Source: Gemmatimonadota bacterium (GTDB taxonomy: Bacteria; Gemmatimonadota; Gemmatimonadetes; Gemmatimonadales; GWC2-71-9). Taken from it: 64,000 bases of DNA. The stretch spans positions 8,121-72,120 of the forward strand of contig JBGPOE010000002.1 in assembly GCA_041487875.1 (NCBI GenBank), in the 5' to 3' direction. Positions 60,372-64,000 of this stretch are shown here, one piece after another. Every line of letters starts with the position of its first letter. Position 1 is the stretch's first letter. The notes beneath the pieces are model-generated. The model did not search any database, was not told where the DNA came from, and saw nothing but the letters and a program-made list of their open reading frames with translations. The position numbers and the translations under genes were made by a program.

Positions 60372-61770
60372 CGCGCGCCGCCGCGCGCTGCATGACTCCG
60401 TCTCCTCCCCACGCACACAACACCGGTACGCGCCCCGGGATCTGTGCCGCGAGCCGCGGATGGCCGAACAGCACCACCAGCGCCGCACCGGGCAACCGCC
60501 GCCGCAGCGCGGCGCGTGAACGGGCGCTCAAGTCGGCGTGGCCTTTCCAGGAGAGGGGATTGGCGAAGACGGCGATGATGCGTGTGCCGTTCTCTGTTAT
60601 CCGTCGCCCGCGACTGTGCAGCTCCCCGGCAAATACGTCGCGCGGGCCGACGGTGTAGGGTCCGCCTGCGTCGTCGTCCACCACCGCGACGCGCAGCGCG
60701 GCGCCGAGTTTCGGTTGCTCGCCGCGCACCCACCGTAGCGTCCGTTGCGCCAGCTGATCGGCGAAGAGGGCGTTGGCGGCCAAGTCGACGTCCCTGTCCC
60801 CTGTCCCCCTTCCCCATTCCCCGATTGTCCGCTCGTAACGCGCCAAAGCCTCGTCCGCCCTGGCGGATGAGATCTCCTTCCCGACGGCCGCGTCGAGCGC
60901 AGCGATCACGGCGGCGAAATCTTCGGGATAGAGCAACCCGTCGCAGCCCGCGGCCACCGCCGCGACCGTGGCCGGCGCCTCCGCTTGCGCGGCGGTGGCG
61001 CCACCCATGATCAGTGCGTCCGTCACCACGAACCCGGAGAAGTTGAGCGGGTCGCGCAGGTATCCGAGAATTGTTGGTGAGAACGCCGCGGCCCGGCCGC
61101 TCGAGTCCCAGCCGGGATAGGCGACGTAGGCGGCCATCACGCTGCCCACGCCCGCGCCGATCGCGGATTCGAACGGCCCCAAATCCGTGGCGGCGAGCGC
61201 GGCGAACGGCGTGGCGACGCGCGGCACGGTGGCGTGGGAGTCCTGGATGGTGCGACCGTGCCCCGGATAGTGCTTGGCACAGGCGAGCACGCCGTGCTCC
61301 TGGCAGCCGCGGATCCACACGGCCGCCTGCTCCCCCACCCGCTGTGGGTCCGCGCCGAACGACCGCGTCTGGATGATGGGATTCTCGGGCTCCACGTCGA
61401 GGTCGCATACCGGCGCGAACGCCCAGTTGAGTCCGACGGAGAGCGCTTCGCCCGCCGTGATGAGCGCCGCGGCGTGCGTGGCGTCGAGGTCGTCCAAGGC
61501 ACCGAGGGCCGCGGGTGGCGGCAGCTCGGTGAGTCCGCGGACCTGCTGGCCGGCGCCGCGCTCCAGGTCCGCGCCGATCAGCAAGGGCCGGCCCGCCTGC
61601 GCCCGCAGGTCGGCGGTGAGTGCCGCCACGGCGTGGCGCGTCCCGCCGAACGCAATGAATCCACCGGCGCCCGCCGCGAGCGCGCGGTCGATCTTCTGCC
61701 GCTCGTGCGCAAACGATCCCCGGCGCCACCGCAGCGCTGGGAAGACGAGCCGTGCCAGCGACGTGGTCAC
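60355..61770 (-). CDS. nagZ: Glycoside hydrolase family 3 beta-N-acetylhexosaminidase (NagZ-like) with a C-terminal extension
   Basis: IGADLERGAGQQ, AKHYPGHGRT, FSGFVVTDAL. At 471 aa it is longer than typical NagZ. Confidence 0.8.
   Translation of the reverse strand: MTTSLARLVFPALRWRRGSFAHERQKIDRALAAGAGGFIAFGGTRHAVAALTADLRAQAGRPLLIGADLERGAGQQVRGLTELPPPAALGALDDLDATHAAALITAGEALSVGLNWAFAPVCDLDVEPENPIIQTRSFGADPQRVGEQAAVWIRGCQEHGVLACAKHYPGHGRTIQDSHATVPRVATPFAALAATDLGPFESAIGAGVGSVMAAYVAYPGWDSSGRAAAFSPTILGYLRDPLNFSGFVVTDALIMGGATAAQAEAPATVAAVAAGCDGLLYPEDFAAVIAALDAAVGKEISSARADEALARYERTIGEWGRGTGDRDVDLAANALFADQLAQRTLRWVRGEQPKLGAALRVAVVDDDAGGPYTVGPRDVFAGELHSRGRRITENGTRIIAVFANPLSWKGHADLSARSRAALRRRLPGAALVVLFGHPRLAAQIPGRVPVLCAWGGDGVMQRAAARAISAD
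60791..60825. repeat. Heptamer array inside nagZ (minus-strand reading GGGGAAT GGGGAAG GGGGACA GGGGACA)
   Basis: Read directly. It encodes GEWGRGTGDRD in the NagZ C-terminal extension. Confidence 0.8.
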
Positions 61771-62885
61771 AGCGGCGTGATGCGGCCCAGCACCCGTGGC
61801 CCCCGCGCGCCCGTGGCCGCGGGGAGATTGCCGGGCGAGCCTGCGAGCGTGAGAAGCCCGAGAAACGCGAACGCGACCGCCTCTTTGGCGTCGCCGTCGA
61901 AAAACAGCTGATCGAAGGAGAGCACGGGCCGCGGTCGTACGCGGGCGGCAAGTGCCGTGACGAGCACCGGATTACGCGCGCCGCCGCCCGAGATCACGAG
62001 CTCGGCGTCCGCGGGCGCGGCGGTGAACTGCTCGATCGCCCGGGCGACGGATTCGACCGTGAGCGCCGTGGCCGTCGCCACGGCGTCGTTTGCGGACCCG
62101 CCGCCGGCGCGCACCTGCGCCAGCAGCCGCTCCGCGTACTCAAGGCCGAAGCGCTCCCGACCCGTGCTCTTGGGCGGGCGAGCCGCGAAGTACGGGTCCG
62201 CGAGCAGGACGTCGAGCACCCGTGTCACGGGCCGGCCACGCCGCGCGCGCTCGCCGTCGGTGTCGTACGACGCATCCGGGTCGATCGCCCGCGTCACGGC
62301 GTCGATGATGGCGACACCCGGGCCGGTGTCGAACGCCAGCGCCCCGGCGGTCTCGCCGCGCCGCGGCACCCAGGTCACGTTCGCCATGCCGCCCAGGTTC
62401 AAGAGCAGGCGGCCGCGCTCGGGATGGCCGAACAGCATCACGTCGGCGAGCGGCACGAGCGGCGCGCCCTGCCCGCCCGCCGCCACGTCACGCGCACGGA
62501 AGTCGCTGATCACCCGCACGCCCACCCGTTCGGCAATCACCGCGGGGTCGCCCAGCTGGAGCGTGGCCTTTCCCGGCTCATGCCAGATCGTCTGGCCGTG
62601 CGACGCCACGAACGCGACGGCCGGCGGCGCCGTCTTCGCCTTGGCCAGGAGCTGCAGCACCGCGCCCGCGAAGCGCTCGCCTAAGGCCACGTGCAACAGC
62701 GCCAGATCTTTGGCACCGCCGCGCGCGATCGCCTCGATGATCTGGCCGCGCTCGGCCGCGGCGTAGGGTTCCTGATGGAAGGCGACGAGCCGGGCGGTGG
62801 GGCCCTCACTCAACCGCACCAGCGCCGCCGACACGCCGTCCAGCGACGTGCCGGACATCACGCCGACGGCGAGCGTCTCCGTCAC
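61767..62885 (-). CDS. anmK: Anhydro-N-acetylmuramic acid kinase
   Basis: The GTG start overlaps the murQ stop (GTGA). VGVMSGTSLDGVSAAL, NLGGMANVT, and GGGARNPVL near the C-terminus. Confidence 0.88.
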   Translation of the reverse strand: MTETLAVGVMSGTSLDGVSAALVRLSEGPTARLVAFHQEPYAAAERGQIIEAIARGGAKDLALLHVALGERFAGAVLQLLAKAKTAPPAVAFVASHGQTIWHEPGKATLQLGDPAVIAERVGVRVISDFRARDVAAGGQGAPLVPLADVMLFGHPERGRLLLNLGGMANVTWVPRRGETAGALAFDTGPGVAIIDAVTRAIDPDASYDTDGERARRGRPVTRVLDVLLADPYFAARPPKSTGRERFGLEYAERLLAQVRAGGGSANDAVATATALTVESVARAIEQFTAAPADAELVISGGGARNPVLVTALAARVRPRPVLSFDQLFFDGDAKEAVAFAFLGLLTLAGSPGNLPAATGARGPRVLGRITPL

Positions 62886-63808
62886 CGCTGCACGGGAGGC
62901 GGATCGCCCACGGCGCGGCGCACGAATCCGCCCGCGGCGTCGAGCAGGCGGCGCGCCTCGACACGATCCACGCCGCGGCGCGCCATCACGATGGCGAGTT
63001 TCACCGACCCCGCGGCGGACTCGATCGCGCGGCGGGCGGTGGCGCGATCCACGGCGCAGCACTCCATAACGATGCGCTCGCCGCGGTCCTTCAGTTTGTC
63101 GCTCACCGCCAGGAGGTCTACCATCAGGTTGCCGTAACAGCGGCCCAGACGGATCATCGCGCCGGTGGTGAGTGTGTTGAGGACGAGCTTGGTGGCGGTG
63201 CCCGCCTTCATACGGGTCGAGCCGGTGAGGACTTCGGGGCCCACGAGCGGCACGATCAGGACGTCGCACGTGTCGGCCAGGATCTTGGGCGGCGGGGAGC
63301 AGGACACGAGCCCCGTGGCGGCGCCGAGCGTTTGCGCGCGCCCCAGCGCCGCCCGTACGAACGGCGTGGTGCCGCTCGCGGCAATTCCGATCACGACGTC
63401 TTTCGCCGTGACGCGCTGGGCGTCCATCGCCGCGGCGCCCGCGTTGACATCGTCCTCGGCGCCCTCGGCGCTCTTTACCATGGCCGCATAGCCGCCGGCG
63501 ACGACGCCCACCACCAGCTCCGGCGGCGTGCCGAAGGTAGGCGGGCACTCCGCCGCGTCCAGCACGCCCAGCCGCCCCGACGTGCCGGCGCCCACGTAGA
63601 TCAGCCGCCCGCCACCCTGCAGCCGTGCGACGATGAGATCCACGGCCCGCGCCAAGTCTTCGCGGACGCCGTGCACTACGTCGGGCACGGTTCGATCCTC
63701 GGCGTTGATCGCGTCCACGATCTCGAGGCTCGACGCGACGTCGATGCGCTCGGTGCGCGGATTGCGTTGCTCGGTGAGGCGCGGATCGTGAAAGTCGGGG
63801 GTGCGCAT
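62882..63808 (-). CDS. murQ: N-acetylmuramic acid 6-phosphate etherase
   Basis: LTEQRNPRTERID, GAGTSGRLG, SIS-domain body. Confidence 0.9.
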   Translation of the reverse strand: MRTPDFHDPRLTEQRNPRTERIDVASSLEIVDAINAEDRTVPDVVHGVREDLARAVDLIVARLQGGGRLIYVGAGTSGRLGVLDAAECPPTFGTPPELVVGVVAGGYAAMVKSAEGAEDDVNAGAAAMDAQRVTAKDVVIGIAASGTTPFVRAALGRAQTLGAATGLVSCSPPPKILADTCDVLIVPLVGPEVLTGSTRMKAGTATKLVLNTLTTGAMIRLGRCYGNLMVDLLAVSDKLKDRGERIVMECCAVDRATARRAIESAAGSVKLAIVMARRGVDRVEARRLLDAAGGFVRRAVGDPPPVQR

Positions 63809-63829
63809 GTGGGGCCTGAGAAACTAGGC

Positions 63830-63851
63830 GTTGACCGCACTGCGGGTCAAC
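63830..63851. promoter_or_regulatory. Inverted repeat GTTGACC-N8-GGTCAAC in the murQ/lipoprotein divergent region
   Basis: Each arm reads TTGACC (-35-like) toward one of the two divergent genes. On the plus strand TTGACC-N18-CACAAT ends 5 nt before the ATG at 63866. Confidence 0.35.
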
Positions 63852-63865
63852 GTGCACAATTGGGG

Positions 63866-64000
63866 ATGCGCACACTCCTGCCCTTCGCCCTCGTGCTCGC
63901 CGCGGCCTGCGGCGGCGCCGCCACCACCCCCGAGACCGCGCCGCGCCCGGGCGGCGCCGGCGCCGCCCGTGGTGCCGTGGTCACGGGGCGGCCCGTCCTG
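63866..64000 (+). CDS. Lipoprotein, N-terminal fragment (runs off the window)
   Basis: MRTLLPFALVLAAACGG gives a signal peptide plus lipobox. The frame is open to the window end. Confidence 0.5.
   Translation, partial: MRTLLPFALVLAAACGGAATTPETAPRPGGAGAARGAVVTGRPVL

Overview
This is a very GC-rich, densely packed bacterial chromosomal window. The gene content (GWxTD protein, MglA/MglB, arrays of MacB/FtsX-type permeases, BshB1, many Tat/lipoprotein signals) suggests a Gemmatimonadota-like or related lineage, but that is inference only. I call about 66 protein-coding genes and one SRP (4.5S) RNA. I saw no rRNA, tRNA, CRISPR array, transposase or integrase. Many gene junctions are ATGA, GTGA or TGATG overlaps, which implies long translationally coupled operons. 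Main blocks: (1) 1-8958, a MacA-like adaptor, one ABC ATPase and six permeases arranged as three alternating A/B pairs. (2) 8951-11960, bshB1, a class I cysteine desulfurase and mnmA. (3) 12034-17295, an island of exported proteins: three tandem paralogous lipoproteins, a Tat-signal class V PLP enzyme and two further lipoproteins. (4) 17312-22679, small membrane and DUF proteins, DinB, a DSD1-type PLP enzyme, an ArsN2-like GNAT and a quinone oxidoreductase. (5) 22669-39430, a 17-kb minus-strand string: pyk, MBL hydrolase, aldolase, YtxH, YihY, ltaE, an Rpn11-like MPN+ membrane protein, a secreted protein, ffs, dnaX, ybaB, recR, mglB, mglA, pgsA, cinA, a hydrolase, grpE and dnaJ. (6) 39750-44951, MarR plus an ABC exporter, two paralogous zinc-ribbon proteins flanking a MOSC gene, and a response regulator with a Cys4 tail. 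(7) nrdJ. (8) 47718-60371, a divergent supercluster: two Ser/Thr kinases, PP2C, three FHA domains, an FHA-anchored trypsin-like protease, a metallopeptidase/beta-propeller/beta-barrel fusion and a GWxTD protein. This is my best candidate for an undescribed envelope signalling system. (9) nagZ-anmK-murQ. Beyond the genes, the window carries families of short tandem heptamer 'word' repeats (GCCGTCA; GGGGACA/GGGGAAT/GCGGAAY) and a GTTNCCAG-word element. They sit at gene ends, form long imperfect hairpins, and in two or three cases lie inside coding sequence in frame. All calls rest on reading the translations and DNA by eye. No alignment, HMM or folding software was run.
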